From positions 27,404,001-27,468,000 of the forward strand of contig OZ320318.1 of the NCBI GenBank assembly GCA_976226885.1: DNA of 64,000 nt, in the 5' to 3' direction. Both the position numbers and the translations under genes were made by a program. The first letter of the stretch is position 1, and every line of letters begins with the position of its first letter. A model generated the notes under the pieces. That model ran no database searches, had not been told where the DNA came from, and saw only the letters and a program-made list of their open reading frames with translations. Below, one piece after another: positions 1-14,300 of the stretch. The DNA comes from Iphione sp. A-MEVVRFRX5. Its lineage: Eukaryota.

Positions 1-499
1 AATAATGGAATGAGATAACAAGAGAAAATACCCTGAAAGATCAGTCAAACGGATGAATCATTTCCCTAAGGCGATCGCTGTATAACTGACAACAAACTTT
101 GCAAATTCGTTGGGCTTTCGACTTGGACATTTAATATTGGGTCACTTTTTCCAGCATACCAATTATCCGATCAAGAAGGCAGTTTCAGGAATGACAAATA
201 TTTTTGTAGGCGCGTGTGAAGTATCTCCCATGTATAATTTTTATAAGCCAGGCAGTAGGCGGTCCTCTGAGAGTATTTAAAAAGTGATTTGTCTGCACCA
301 CATCTTAGAAGTTTTATGTCGAGTTTGTGCGCACCATGGCGCTAAGTAGCGACAGACAAACAGAGACACAAGATCCTCGCGTCAGTTGGCGATCTTCAAG
401 ACGCGAGTCAAGTAGCCCAGCGACCGAAATAATAATCATTACATGTTGTCGCCCATGATTCGCACGTTACTGTTAACTCCGTTTGAGGTCGGCTGGAGA

Positions 500-770
500 G
501 GGAAGGTGGTGCTGGAGGGTCAGGCGGGATCAGAACGGGGAGTACTAATATGTACTGGCCCTAACGGCTGCGCCTTGTGTGCCCGGCGCCGCCGCTCCCT
601 ATACCCTCACCCCCTTCACATGTCACACTTTCGGATAAATGCAAGGAGTGAACCAATAAGTCAGACGATCGTCACCTGGCTACAGACACCTCAAGTGGCT
701 TGTTACCCGAGCCCAGTTCCGCCCCCGGCGGTCACCGTGCACCCCCCTCGCCTCCCACACTCAGCAACTC
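500..770 (-). promoter_or_regulatory. GC/CpG-rich promoter-like patch
   Basis: Local GC/CpG enrichment against an AT-rich background, with a CCAAT motif (gaaccaataag, ~651-661) and a GC box (ccgccc, ~719-724). No associated coding exon identified. Confidence 0.3.
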
Positions 771-903
771 AATAGGTTTGTTCTCAAAAAATGTCCGGGA
801 TGCAAAGTTAACCTTGTGTGCGTGTTTGATTTGCACGCCGCCAGAGGGGCCCCACCTTTCGATAGTTAACTGAAGTCTTAGTAATGCGTTCCCTTCCGCT
901 TAC

Positions 904-934
904 CCGTCGGGCAGAAATTCGTCTGCTGTGTCCT
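904..934 (-). CDS. Candidate 31-nt internal exon (EDTADEFLPDG if entered in phase 1)
   Basis: Minus-strand acceptor tttcaccttcctcacag| and donor gg|gtaagc; open in phase 1, which matches the phase-1 exit of the IGFBP exon. Assignment to that gene is unproven. Confidence 0.3.
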
Positions 935-2910
935 CTGTGAGGAAGGTGAAACCGAGGCATCGAGAATGTCTAATCAAAGGGCTTTGCCACATATGTTGTT
1001 GGTATTGATTTGCCTAGACTATATGAGTCATTTACATTCAAAACTTGTGTGGCAAAAGTCGCTCTCTTTGAACGAATTATCCATAGAATAAAAATTCCTT
1101 AAACACGGGCAATGTGTAAATAAACATTTTGATTGCTATAACGCAAAAATCAATTAAGGCAGTTTTTAGAACGCTGGTCAAAACATTGTTCTAATAGGCC
1201 TTTAACTCTAGTAGTTATGAAATTTGAAATGTATGGATAAAAGAAAATCCACTCAACTGGTCTTTCCATGTACATTTACACATATTCATGCATTTGGATG
1301 TATTGCCATAACATGCAGGACAAACCAAGATATAGAAATGTACTTGTGCCTACCAATGTGTCTGATCATTACACCTACAGATGCAGTGTCATGACAACTA
1401 TTTTTTTTCATGTACATATGCGGGTTGGGATGGGGAGAGGTTGCCTTTAACCACCAGTGGTTCAAAGCCTGGTCACTGGGAATCATTGTGTCTATTGTAG
1501 TAATGCATGTACATTGAAATAAGAGGGTGAGGGTGCATTTTGGAATAAAAAGGTTGGCATGAATACATGTATGTGTAAATGGGAAGACTTTAAAACTGAT
1601 CATCCAGATTTATCCAAACTATTTAACTGGTTTCTTTCAGAACTGTCCAAAATATTCTATGCAGACTAAAGTCTCAGAGATGAAAGTTGTGTTACCCTTA
1701 GGCAGTGTACACATGTATCCATATTTCTTCAAAACGTGTACAGATCCGTAGGTGTATTTTAACCATCCATAGCCGTAATTCTAATCTGTTCACATGGCTC
1801 CGTTTCAAAATATCTATGGACCCAGGTCCGTTTTCTAAACTGTCTGCAATGGATTTTTTACGGACCTGGGTTCATATTCCATAGGAAGCAATGTCAAAGA
1901 GACACCTGGTTTACATATTGGAGGGTCTTGAACAAACAAAGCAGGATGTATCCGTAGACGTTTTTTTGCATGGATGCATGTGAACACTGCCTTAGCAGTA
2001 GCCTTATTTGGTGAAAACCATAAAATAGTGAAGTCATTATCCTATATGCAGAGATGCTAATCAATATGGCCACGGAGGGCAAACTTTGCGGGGGCTGCAC
2101 AGGTAACAGCTCTCTTAGTCCTGGTTTCCATATCTGCATTGGTGTCCATGTTTGTTGCCTTCTGTTGCCTTCCATTACCTTCTGTTTTTATAGATCACAT
2201 TGACTACACTGTGGGGTGTCATGTATATGTGTATCTATGCATTGGGGTGCATTGGCCTTCTGTTATTCATAATAATGCTTCATAATTTCATGCACAAATG
2301 CACAAACACATTGGAATACAAGCTCTTTTTGGCTGTTTTCTCGTCAAATTCACCGATTGCCATCACATATCCACACATATCCGATGATCCTATACATGTC
2401 CATGCATGTCCACAAATGTCCCCGTAAAAGTTCTCACTTTCTCCCACCAAATTCACATGAATTTTGGCACTTTTTCCATCAAATTCACCAGTTTTCACTG
2501 TTTTTCCTGTCAAAGTTGCTGTTTTATCGTCCCTTTCCATCAAATTCGCCATTTTTCATCTATCTATCATAGATCTATCATAGATTTCCATGCATATAAA
2601 CACAAACACAAAAGAGATCCCTGTGCATTAGGCTGTGGGAAAAAACAGAAGTGCATTGTGATGGATGCAGACCCCTCACGCAGCCTCACGGACACCAACA
2701 CAGATATGGAAACTGAGCCTCATTAATGATAAAGAGGCGGGAGTCAGTTGACTGGCAGCAAAATTTGCCCCCTCTGACACACTTAGCAACACATGACAGG
2801 ATCTGTATGTTTCCATGCCAGTATAAAGCATTGCATTTGCATTGTTTGCATCCCATTTGCATTGCATTTTTACCAGTACACTGTTAACTACATTCAACCA
2901 CCCCCTACAT

Positions 2911-2933
2911 TCTCTCTCTCTCTCTCTCTCTCT
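2911..2933. repeat. (CT)n microsatellite
   Basis: Direct reading. Confidence 0.95.
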
Positions 2934-3537
2934 GCTCCTATTTGACCCCCGAGTGCATCATACTACATCACTATTTTTCTCTTTGAATTCACTTCATAGC
3001 AGGAGGTCTGTTGTTGTTTTCTCTTGTCTGACAAACTGTGGTCAGAGCTGGGTGACGGTTCAAACCAATATCATCAACATGGCTGGCTTCTCTATACATG
3101 TGCATAATCTATGTAACTGATGGCAGTGCTATACACAGCACCACAGAGGCTGAACAAAAGTTAAACCTTAACTCTAATTTATTGCAGAGTTTAAGTTGAA
3201 CTATGGTTAGACCTTTCACTTTTCAGTAAAGTGTAAAATTTTAATTGATATGGCGGGAGACCCTCCCTTTGCTTTCCCATATTGTTATAAATTAAATGCA
3301 TCTTTTGTGTTACTTCTGAAAATATTTACTGTTTTTTCATAAATGAAATGCATCTTTACTCTAGCCTCCAGAAATATTCCTTTTTTTTCATTAATGTGGG
3401 GGCACACCCATCGCACCCTCCCTTCCTCTTCTTTTTCAAATTTTAGCCATGTTCCTTGCATTAGAGATATTTGTTAGACACATACACTTTATATTTTTGT
3501 CTATTCTATAAACTTACTCTCCGGGCCCTGAACCTCT

Positions 3538-3850
3538 CAGGTGTGGTAACTTGTAGGAACTACAGGAGGATGGCCTAGGATAAGGGTAGTGCCTCATGAG
3601 GTGTGGAGACTTCTAAGGCTACCAGGAAGATGGCCAGGAACAGGGGAGCTACCTTTCGAAGTGTGGAGACTTCTAAGAGAGACAAGAGGATGGCCGAGGA
3701 TGGGCTAGCATCTGACAAGGTGTGGAGACTTCTAAGACTGACAGGAGGACCACCAAGGGTGGGGGAGCACCTCAGGGTGATAGGAGGAGGGTCTAAGGAC
3801 AGGGATAGCACCTTACGAGGTGTGGAGACATCTAAGAGCTACAGGAGGAT
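3538..3850. repeat. ~60-bp degenerate GA-rich minisatellite
   Basis: The motif gtgtggagacttctaag recurs at 3601, 3661 and 3720, with further degenerate copies at ~3541 and ~3820. Confidence 0.8.
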
Positions 3851-6800
3851 AAGCAGACAATAGATGTCACAAGGTGAGGGTCTCCCTAGTCTCCCTTGAT
3901 TTATGCCTACAATACTGAGGGAGTGACATATAGGAATATGGAGGAATCTATTATGGTCCAAGGATTTGTACCTGGAATAGTGAGGGTGCTGGAATAGTGA
4001 GGTGATGGAACGGAGAGGGTTTACTATCTTTGTCCACAGTTCTTTTCTGTAGTGCATTTTTTTCACAAGTTAATTAAGCTGCTGGGTGATTCTTCATGAG
4101 TTATCCATCCAGTTGTGTGGTTTTCACTCTCTTGTGTTTCTTCATGAACTTGTTCAGAACACATTGAAACAATGGTAGCAAATAGCAGTAAACAATGCAC
4201 TGCAAACACAAGGCAAAAGACACCCCTGTGTCACTACAGTCAATGATCACATAATGCAAATACTACAAATAAACACGGGTATGGAAACCAGCCCTAAAGT
4301 ATCACCATTGCTAACTCAAAAATTATATGAGATTCTTACCTGATAACTACAGAGACAGAGAACTGAATTTAAGGGGCACAGAAAGCGATACATGTACACA
4401 ATGGAAAAGTTTATTTTCAAAGGAATTAAACTGAATCGGCGGGTCCTACTCAAGTTAGCTTTGCCCGCATATTCGCTAATGATTTTGTAGTTTTTATGGA
4501 AGATTCTGTTTGCATCGTACGTCAGAGGGACTGTGTACTTTTCAGATTTGCTAACAAATTACATTAGGATCCTTTATTAACTTATCACAATAGTTTGACA
4601 TGTTTGTAGTTCAGACTGTAGTGGATTTTAGCCGAAACCGCATAAACACAGCATCCTAAATACAATGTATGTTGAAGGTTGTCTGATAGAGCCTCTCAAC
4701 AACTCTTTACTGAGGCAAATTGAAACCTCAGTGGCTGCAGCTTTCACGAACTTTAAATTTATCTAAATCTATTTTCCCCGGGGTAAAGGTGTTACATATG
4801 CCCCAGTCATCGTTTGGAATTGCTACAACAAACCTCAGGATGTCAGTTAATACATGTATTACTGTTATAAGTTAAACTCAGTTTATGTGACAATCTGAGT
4901 AAATATTTCATTTAATTCTGCATAAGTGAATATGTATTCATGTATTATTTCTACATGATTGGTCGTGCCGTCATTTAGATTTCATATTATATATAAAGAC
5001 CCTGTCTTGCTGACACTTGCAGTTAATATTATGCGCATTAGACTACGGCATTACAAATCCTGTCAGAGTTTTTGATCAGCTGAGATTGTGTTTCATGTAA
5101 AACGCAAACGTGTTTTGGCACCCATGGTGCAATAACAAGCAATCAATGAGTTCTTGATTGAAAAATATCGTGTTTGTCCCGTAGCAGACAGGCCTGGCGC
5201 CACGTAACTGAATAATAAGAAAACAGTCAACGTCTAGGGATGTTGGCTTGATTACTTCGAGAAATAGAGCTAGGGTAATCCAATAAACTCATTCGCTAAA
5301 CTCTGAAAATGTCATTTGATTCTAATACTTACTTCTTGATTTAAGTAATGCTAGACGTGTAATATAACGAGGCCCTTTAAGGTCTATGCGAGATGATTCA
5401 GCTTTTCGTTAGGCACCCGCGCCATTTACGATTAAAATTGTTGACGCATCGAAGGAGGCTAGATCTTGGCGTGTTCATAGAAGACAAGCTTAAAACCTAC
5501 ATGTTTTAACTGTTTGGCTCGAATTGCCTTCATGTATTCACCGAGGAACCGATAGAGCGGCGCGCAAATATCATCCGCTTTGAAGCTATTTTTTTCACCG
5601 CTTCGCGTTTTTTCCTCGCTATCTTTTCACATTCAAACCCCGTCTTCCTACTTCTGAGCATTACGACATATTTACCTGTTGGAGGGGATTGTTATATCTA
5701 TTTACCTGTGTATGGTCTCGTCTGCGCCCACAGTGGTCGGACATTTGCTCCTTAATTAGGAATATATACTCCGGTATATATTCCTAAAGGCACGTGTGTT
5801 TTCATGGTGGTAATGGCATGTATTCATAAATGATCTTTTGGATGATATAGTATACCAGCCGGAGTGTATCCATGCATGCCTGTAGCATATGATGCGTCTA
5901 GCTTGTCAGTGCATGCTGTATTTTCAAATTAAGAAAAGTCTCAATCTACCATGTTTTCTTGGCTGTGAGGACATATGTTTAATGGGTACTCTATGGTTAT
6001 CTACTGAGGTTTTACATGATGAACACACTACATTTGCACAAGTGGAAATGGCAACAGAGTTTTGCTTTTCACACTACACGAAAATTAGGCCTAAAGCCCG
6101 AGTCCTATATGATGAAGTTTAAACTGCTTATCGCTAGAGAAGAACGTCATATGGCCTCTAATGAATCAAAAACATGTTCATGTTGCCTCTATTCAATATG
6201 TATTTGTGTGTACATAATTATTTTACGTCTAGTAAAACCCCCTACTGGATATTCTAGACAGATCATCCGTCACTAGTGTCTTAAAAATATACTAATCAAT
6301 TTGACTGACAAATACGATACCCTGCGTTATCAAACGTGTTGAGAGATATCTCATGGGCGACACGTTTAGCAGATCATATCGGGATCTAAGATTAAATCTT
6401 AGAAGACAGAAACAAATGTGTAGGCCTCGTCTGGATATATTACAACCAGCGAGATCTTTTATAATGTAAAGCGCATTTTTAGACTATATCGTTGTAGAAC
6501 TGGAGGGAGTAAACGCAGAACTTTAACTTCATGGTGGACGGTAGAGCATACGTTGCCGCCTGGCATATTGACTTGGTTGCCGATCTGTTTGCCCATCATG
6601 TGATAGGCTTGAGGTTCGCCGGAGAAACCAACCATTCCGTGTCATGGGCACGGTTCACTCACACCGACCAAGCTGCCTGTAATCCATCCTCATAAGACAA
6701 ATTTTGGTTTCTATACGGAGCCAGGGGTAAAAAGTGCATCTTGGGTGTTCAGTTAAACAGTACATGTCTGACCAGCATTTACCCAGAGCGGAGACGAGCC

Positions 6801-9536
6801 AAGGGCGCAACCTGTTGATATGATAGGGCAATCCAAGTAGTCGGACCCTTTGTCCCTAGACTTCTTGTAATGTGTGCTAAGGGCAAGTAAGTAGGGCTGA
6901 ACGAAGCAGAAGGAGCGCGCAAGAGTATGCTCATATTATTGTACATGTATTTATGTATTATTTTGCATGAAGATAGGGAGAAATGTGCAGATACTGTCAA
7001 TTAAAAGGAAAGTTCATGTAGTATCAATCTTAAGGGCTGGTTTCCATTCTTGGTTATTCCGTTTGCTTTGTGTCTGTATTGTGTTATAGAAATGACTTTT
7101 CCTGGACACTCATGCAGAAGAGCTCTTTTTGCTTTTGTTTGTTAACACTGCCTATCTACATTGTAGAAGGTAAGAATGTGCGTTAACATATGTTAGATCA
7201 TATACAAATTTGAGTAAACATCCAATGTGAAGCAAATTTGAGGAGAAAATACCCTAAGAGCTGCAATTTTGACAAGTATATCTCCTAATAGTAGTGAATT
7301 TGACAAACATATGTAGGTAAATGTGTAGAAACATGTAAATGAGGGAGACTTTTACATAATGTAATATAGGTTCACACATATTCTTGCTTGTCTACTCACG
7401 TGTATACATGCACTTTAAAAGTAAAGTGCAAGTATGGATTGATAATGGAAAACGTGAACCCAATGCAAATGCACTCATGCAATGCAAGTGTGGAAATATG
7501 TCCATTGCTTATCCCGTTCATACAAAACGCCATGCAAATGCAATGCAGTCCGACAATGCATGTATGGAAATCGGCCCTTGATCTACCCATGAAATTATCT
7601 ATGGGATATAATAAGTATGTATAATTATTGCTTGCAAACACTTACACTGCAGCACATATTGCTTTTCGGTTTGCTTGACAAAACTTTGGAGTACAACGCG
7701 GTTGACAATAGGAAGGAAGTATTCCTTGATCTAATTGCTCCCTTGGTACTGAAAACAAAGAGAATGGGAGATTATTATTGACAGACCATCTCTCAATACA
7801 GTGAGATATTCCATTACACCTACTATATTACCAACATACGGGGGTGGCTAAAAAGCTCATTAATTTGTTACGTTCAAAGAAAGTTAAATTGAATGGAAGA
7901 TGATATATGATATATCAAAAGAGGTAATTCAAGGTGAACTTAGGTCTTCAAGATGATTTTTTCATCTATCATATGGTGACGACAATATCCAAAAGCTACC
8001 AGTAAAGAGCTAAATTTTGAAACATCGATTTTCCCTCTAAAATTATTTACGGAAACGAGAAGAAACAGTGATGAGCTCTGTATAATAATGTTCATATGTA
8101 TACCTGTCCCTATACTAATATTCGAGTAAGATTTATTTCCATATGCACCAATGTGGTGTATTAGGCTGTGGAACACCATGAAAAGTTCACAATATGTTTC
8201 TCTGCTAAAATCAGTCAAATAGTAATGGAATGAATGTGGAACCGTGCATCAACCAAGTATATTAGCATCACTTTCATTGAAACATGCTGCCATGGCTGTG
8301 AAAATAGTGAACGTTCCCAATCCAAAATATTCTACATGTGCGCGTGCTACAGAGTACACACTACACATGTACATGAAAACAGTCAAGGAGTTAGCCATAT
8401 TTCCTCAAAATATGCATAAAACATGCTGCCATGCCCACAAAAACATGTGCACATGGAAAACAGGTCTTAGTGTATTTTGTGGGACAGTGACAATGACCTG
8501 CACTTGAACAGATTATCACAAAGATAAGGAACAAAAAATGCAAGGAGTTATCCTAAGGAGTAGATGAAATAAGGAATTAAGAATTTAATGCCCGGCTTAT
8601 TAAGATTGCAAACTGAGATCACAAATGAATTCAGAGAAAAGCAAGGTGATATCCATAGATCTTTCTTAGGGTAATGCTATTGGTGGGGGTCATCAGTTAA
8701 TACTACCCCAAGGATAACTGGAGCACGTTTCACACTCGTGCAACTCCCATACAATTTAAACACGTAATGAAAAGATTATAAGGCACATCTAGTAGATTTT
8801 ATACTTTTGTTTACATGCAATTATATTTTTTCCTTGTATATTTTGCTCCCTATGTGTACTTAATTTTCACTATAGTAGGTTCCTCTTCTTTATTCGCCAT
8901 TTGATATAGCTGGACACAGTTTTATCTCTTCGCAGATGCCTAGTCTTTTAGGACTATACCAAAGGATAGCATATACGATTACAGTTGAATGTTGCATTGA
9001 TAATAGACATTGACTCTTCACTAAAGTATTCTGGATGTGTCAACGTAATGATCTAATATTGTTCTCTAATTCTCTACACTTCCAAACTGTATTGAATTTT
9101 GTATGTGCCTCCATTATAATCTGTCCAGGGAGTGACGTCATACTGTGTACACTAAGGACAGAAGTTGTGAATTATGACAAAAAGATTCGTTTTAAAGGGA
9201 GACCTCCCTTCCATGCTATATCTCCCTGGAAATCGTGGCAAACTCGGTATACAATGTTTCTGTCCAGTATAATTCGGAACGGGCATACATAATGATCAAA
9301 TATATCTTATGTTTGAATATTGACCAATTATATCTCTACAGGTTGATCATTATAATTATGTTGAGAATATGTCTACATTGTGTTTATTTATGGACACATG
9401 AGGCATATCATGACTGGTTTCCTATATCATGGAAAACGATTAAAGTTGTAGCAGGCCCTAGCTGAATCATTGTGTCATACAACAAACCTACCCCAGTAAA
9501 TGGTATTACTGACATAGATATCTGGTATGCAAATGG

Positions 9537-9981
9537 CTGATTCTACCAATTTTTGTACCAGTCTCGGAGATTACAAAATCATGCTGTTAGAATCCATATT
9601 TCATTATATATGCAGTTCTATTTACATTTTTGGTTTCTGTGATAGTGTAAAAGTCAAGTGCTATACATTGATATATCATTTGTTTTTGTAATCCTCTTAA
9701 ATTTGGATATATGAAGGGGAAATATAGGATTTTTCAGTTTCATCTCGGAGATTACACTGATATTTACATACTTAGGTTCATAAAGCTCTGCATCCAACAA
9801 TAATTGGAATTCAGAGAAAATTTTCTGGATATATTTACAGAAATACATGGATATTAAGTTAAGATTTCATTTTAAGATAAAACATATTAACATATGACAT
9901 TAACATATTATGATTCTAATGTTTCTGTACATTTGTTTCAAGTGTAATCTCCGAGACTGGTCCAAAAATTGGTAGAATCAG
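9537..9981. mobile_element. MITE-like element with ~38-bp terminal inverted repeats
   Basis: ctgattctaccaatttttgtaccagtctcggagattaca at the left end and its reverse complement (1 mismatch) at the right end; non-coding interior; TSD not evident. Confidence 0.7.
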
Positions 9982-11278
9982 TCAAATACATGTATAAATA
10001 TAGAGAATGTTCTCTTAATTAGCGTTTTACTTATGGGACCACCAGAGCCAACAGTGAATTTTTAACCCAAGGATCCCAGTAGAAAATGCTATGGAAATGG
10101 TATGAACGGGCCATCCCTTCTTTTCAAGGAGGACTGAAATGATCTGTATCCAAAGGCATTCCATCAGTAAATGGAACCAATGTTTTCACTGTTCCTAGAG
10201 GGACTATATCACTTGATACGCAAAAATTTATGAAATAATGTATGTATTTCCCATCTGCTATAATTGAATCAGAAGGATTGGCCTAGGATATCAGATGAGA
10301 CCATATATTATACATAAGGACCCCATCAGCTGGATGTCTTTTATTTACAAAAGCATGTACGTCATAGGATATAACAAGGCATCCATGTAAATTTAGTGAC
10401 GATAACATAAGATCTGTATGGCAAGATACCTCTTTTCCAGAATATTAAAAAAGGCTCAACATAAAGCCCTCTTTACTTTTAGTACCATTCACAAGATATT
10501 TTCCAGGAATGAGTAGCACTGTCTCACTTCTGTTTCACCTATACTATGCTGTTTTCTGGTCTATTGCAGTCTCTGGTAGTGTGAGATCATCAGCACTGAA
10601 TCACTATTCCACTTTGTTGAAGCCGAACAATACCCTAATATCTTCCACTCTCCTCACCTTGTCCACAAATTTTGCCGGTAGAAAAACGGTTCTTTGCAAA
10701 TATAAGAGAGAACCTCACTTGCAGTGAAGTTTGGAGCAAAACTGTGGTCCGTGTTAGAGGAAATAAACTGTTTGTAGTGGATTTAAGAGGAAATGGATTA
10801 TTCTAGTGAATTTAGGGGGACACACTAAATTTGAGGAAAAGAAACATTTTGTGATGAATTTCGGGAGAAAAACCAATTGGAAGTTTAAATAAAGGGAGAA
10901 GGATTATTCTCCTGTAGCCATAAATTTACCTCTATGATTTTACTTTAACAGATTTTAAGGTATAAGGAAATACAGGTAAATAAGGGTAAATTTCCTGATA
11001 TATTTTACAGGGTTTAGAAATTGGTCTCAACAAGTGTGCCATTGATTCCTGTAGCATTTCGTTAAAGTTTTCCGATGTTCTTTGCAACACGGTCCAAGAC
11101 AAGTCAAGTACCCTAGATCAACTCACTCTTTTTTCATTCTTGTTTCCTTGAAATCTGTATCACTTGTCACTTGAAAACTAGTCCTACATGATTTCTTTAA
11201 CCGTCTGTCATTGTCTCTTTCTTACTCTCTCACTTTAAAATTTGACTAATAGATGTGTTGCCGTTAAGTGTAGTCATC

Positions 11279-11378
11279 ATTCTCATTTTAAGATTTGTTT
11301 ATGAAACAAATACAAGAATAAGAAACTGGTATTCTCATTTTAAGATTTGTTTATGAAACAAATACAAGAATAAGAAAC
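11279..11378. repeat. Tandem duplication, 52-bp period, 2 copies
   Basis: attctcattttaagatttgtttatgaaacaaatacaagaataagaaac at 11279 and 11331. Confidence 0.9.
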
Positions 11379-14300
11379 AGGTAAACGACATTTGGAAAAT
11401 TATAAAGATTGTTGTGCACACTTTTCAACTTGATCGCTTCACTCTGTATCATACTAGGAAAGAATGTATAAATGTCTACAACATACACCCAGCAACATGA
11501 TGTAACGATGTAAAACTACACAATTGCTATTACTGGTACCAATCTGTCTCCCTGTCTTGCTTTGATTTCATATCTATGTATCCTTGTGCATGTCTATCTA
11601 CTACATATCCTTATATCCTATTTGTTATATGCAGTATTAATAGAAGGGTTTTTTGATCACATCCGTTTAGTTTAAATCATACCAAACTACTTTATATACC
11701 GGCTGATGAGGCCAGAATGCACGTGCAACTACAATAAAGTTTCTAGCAATATTTATACATAATTTATGGAAAACCAGATCTACCATGAAGGAAACCCAGA
11801 ATATAGTTAAATCCTATTCCGTATAGCGGTATCTTAGTGCACAAATCACCCATACGTACTGTAGAAATGATGTAATGGCATTGTCAGGACCTTTGTAAAC
11901 GCACAGCCGGTGCCATTACAGTTTCAGAATCATGTCAATTATTATGTGAATTGGTCTTGGGATAAAATTACATGTATTTGACACAATTGGTCTAAAAATA
12001 TACATGTATGGATTTCTAAAGAAATGTCAACTCTAGAAAGAAGCGTTTTCTACTCCGGATTGAAAGAGGAATTTCCCTGAGTTATTATCATTCTGATATG
12101 AAAACCTTATTCATTTTTGGTACGTACATGTCAGTATATTTGGAAAAGTGAATCGGCATGAGACAGATAAAAAATGATACATTCTACACTAATCATTTGG
12201 TAAAATTATGATTTGGCGTTTTCAATCCCATAGCTTTTTCTCTCTTAGTAAGTCCTTTAGTATAATAGTCTATCGTGTCTCTGCCAGGGATGAGGTATTA
12301 AGTCTTGTAAAAGATTGATGTCTACACAGGTGTCAGGTTCACAACAAAGATTAACCCCTTTATTCAGGATTTCTGCTCGTTTATACACCTGTGCACTAGT
12401 GGCAATTGTACAATAGATAATGTCTCACCAATGCTCTGCCGTGCCTTGCTTATGTTTAATAACATTGTATCAATGTCTGACCATCGCTTCTAGAACTGTC
12501 TTCCGTAATGCTTGTTCACATGCTGGAAGCCATTTAAGTTACTGATTAGTAGTGAGTCCTACTAAGTAGATGTCACGCTGGTCCATGCAAATAGACAACA
12601 CCACAGGACTTCTCAATAAAGATCCCCCGTTTACACTCCTTAGGGAAATCTTTCAGCCAATCACAACATAAGGAACATTTAAGATATATTTCATACTATC
12701 TGTGAACCAATATACAGCTCTCATCTCAAGACCACCCTACTTTTGGAACATACGGTGTAACAAAAGAAGTAGCCAATCAGGAGCTTGCGCTACCCTTAAC
12801 CCATCATGATCAGTGTATCTGTTTGGGGTGCATTCTGGAGGTTCAGTCAGTGCAGACCTAGAGGCTCGGGATACCCTGTGGGGCAGAGGGTTCATCAGGT
12901 GCTCTCCATCCTTCCCAAAGGTATGATTAAGAGTTCCTACGATATTTGTTTTAAACATCATTCCGGCAGGGAGGCATACATTGTTATGATCAACATATGA
13001 CTGTTCAATCATCATTAAAAATGGAGGTAGAAGATAAAAAATACTTTTCTCTAGTAATTCCATTAAGACCTATGTTTTAATTGTTAAGCTGTGACCAAAC
13101 CCTGTATAGATAGAGCCGAACAATAACAGTAAACATCGATTTTCTGAGAATTTTGCAGAGATGGGGCTTAAAGCATTTACCCAGCTGTCCCTACTATCAG
13201 TTTCAGTAAATATTTAAAAGAACTAAACGTCGCATCTTACGAATACAATTTTAAAGCTGCAAGTCTTCTAGTTTTGAAGGACTAGTAACTAAAAACAGGA
13301 ACCTCCCCTAATCCTCTAGTTTCCCTTGGAGTAGACCAGTGCAATGCGGTTTGCAATGCAGCCACAAAAATTTGGCTATTTTGACTTTTAACTACTGGTC
13401 CAAAGAAAGAACTGTCATTTATTGACTTGCCGTTTGATGAAGTACAATATTATGGCCCTGACTAAACTCTTCTCCTCCAACACTGCAAATACGCACCTCC
13501 TGAACAAATTCTTAATTGAACATTTTCTGCTAGGATTATTATTTTTTCATGTTTGCTTTCCTGCAACGGAAGTAAATGTAAATTTAATGTAAATTTTCCA
13601 AATTATACATTACATTCAATCCTGTCTTGTTGCCATGACAACCAAATAAATGGAATGTAAATGTTTTCAAAATAACATGCAATTTAAGGTCTTTCATATG
13701 ATATATAACATTGAAAAGCATCTCTTGCTTTAAACCCTAGGACCAAGTATTATAGAAAAAAACTACAGTAACCTCTTTCAAAAGCAACATTTCTGTCGGT
13801 CAGGAAGGCAATAGCAGTGATTTGTCTGTCAATTCACTGACTGCTTTTGTGCTGATTGCTCCTCCCGCCAGAAGCATCACTGACACCTGCTTCCCACATA
13901 GACAGGCTGTATGCTTTCTAAGGTTTTCTTATGTTTAAACAGTCATATTTGACCCCTTGTAACTTATAAACTATCTGACAAAAAAAACAAGTTGCTGTGA
14001 ATCATTATTAATATACCTCGTTTATGGATACAAATAGTTATACATGTATCTGTAATATTAACAAAGATAGTTCACCTTCCCATTGACTTTAATGCAAGAC
14101 AGCTTTGTCAATGCTTGAATCTTCTGCCCTTTTTGAAGGATGCACTCTGGTTGGTTAGGTGTAACTGGCATTCACGAAAAGCAATCAGTGAATTCTGAAA
14201 TCATGCATACAGCAGTTTCAAAGACTGCACAATCCTTTATTGCATTCTTGAGATGTGTTAATTTGATACATTCATTTCATCATCCATACCTAATAAAATA

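Noticed and set aside
12400-13063. ORF 12737-13063 as the next IGFBP exon (PECTP), or a BEL/Pao RNase H remnant (VYWFTDS)
   Set aside because: No further cysteine pattern or convincing splice sites. The TE resemblance is only a few residues and needs an HMM search.
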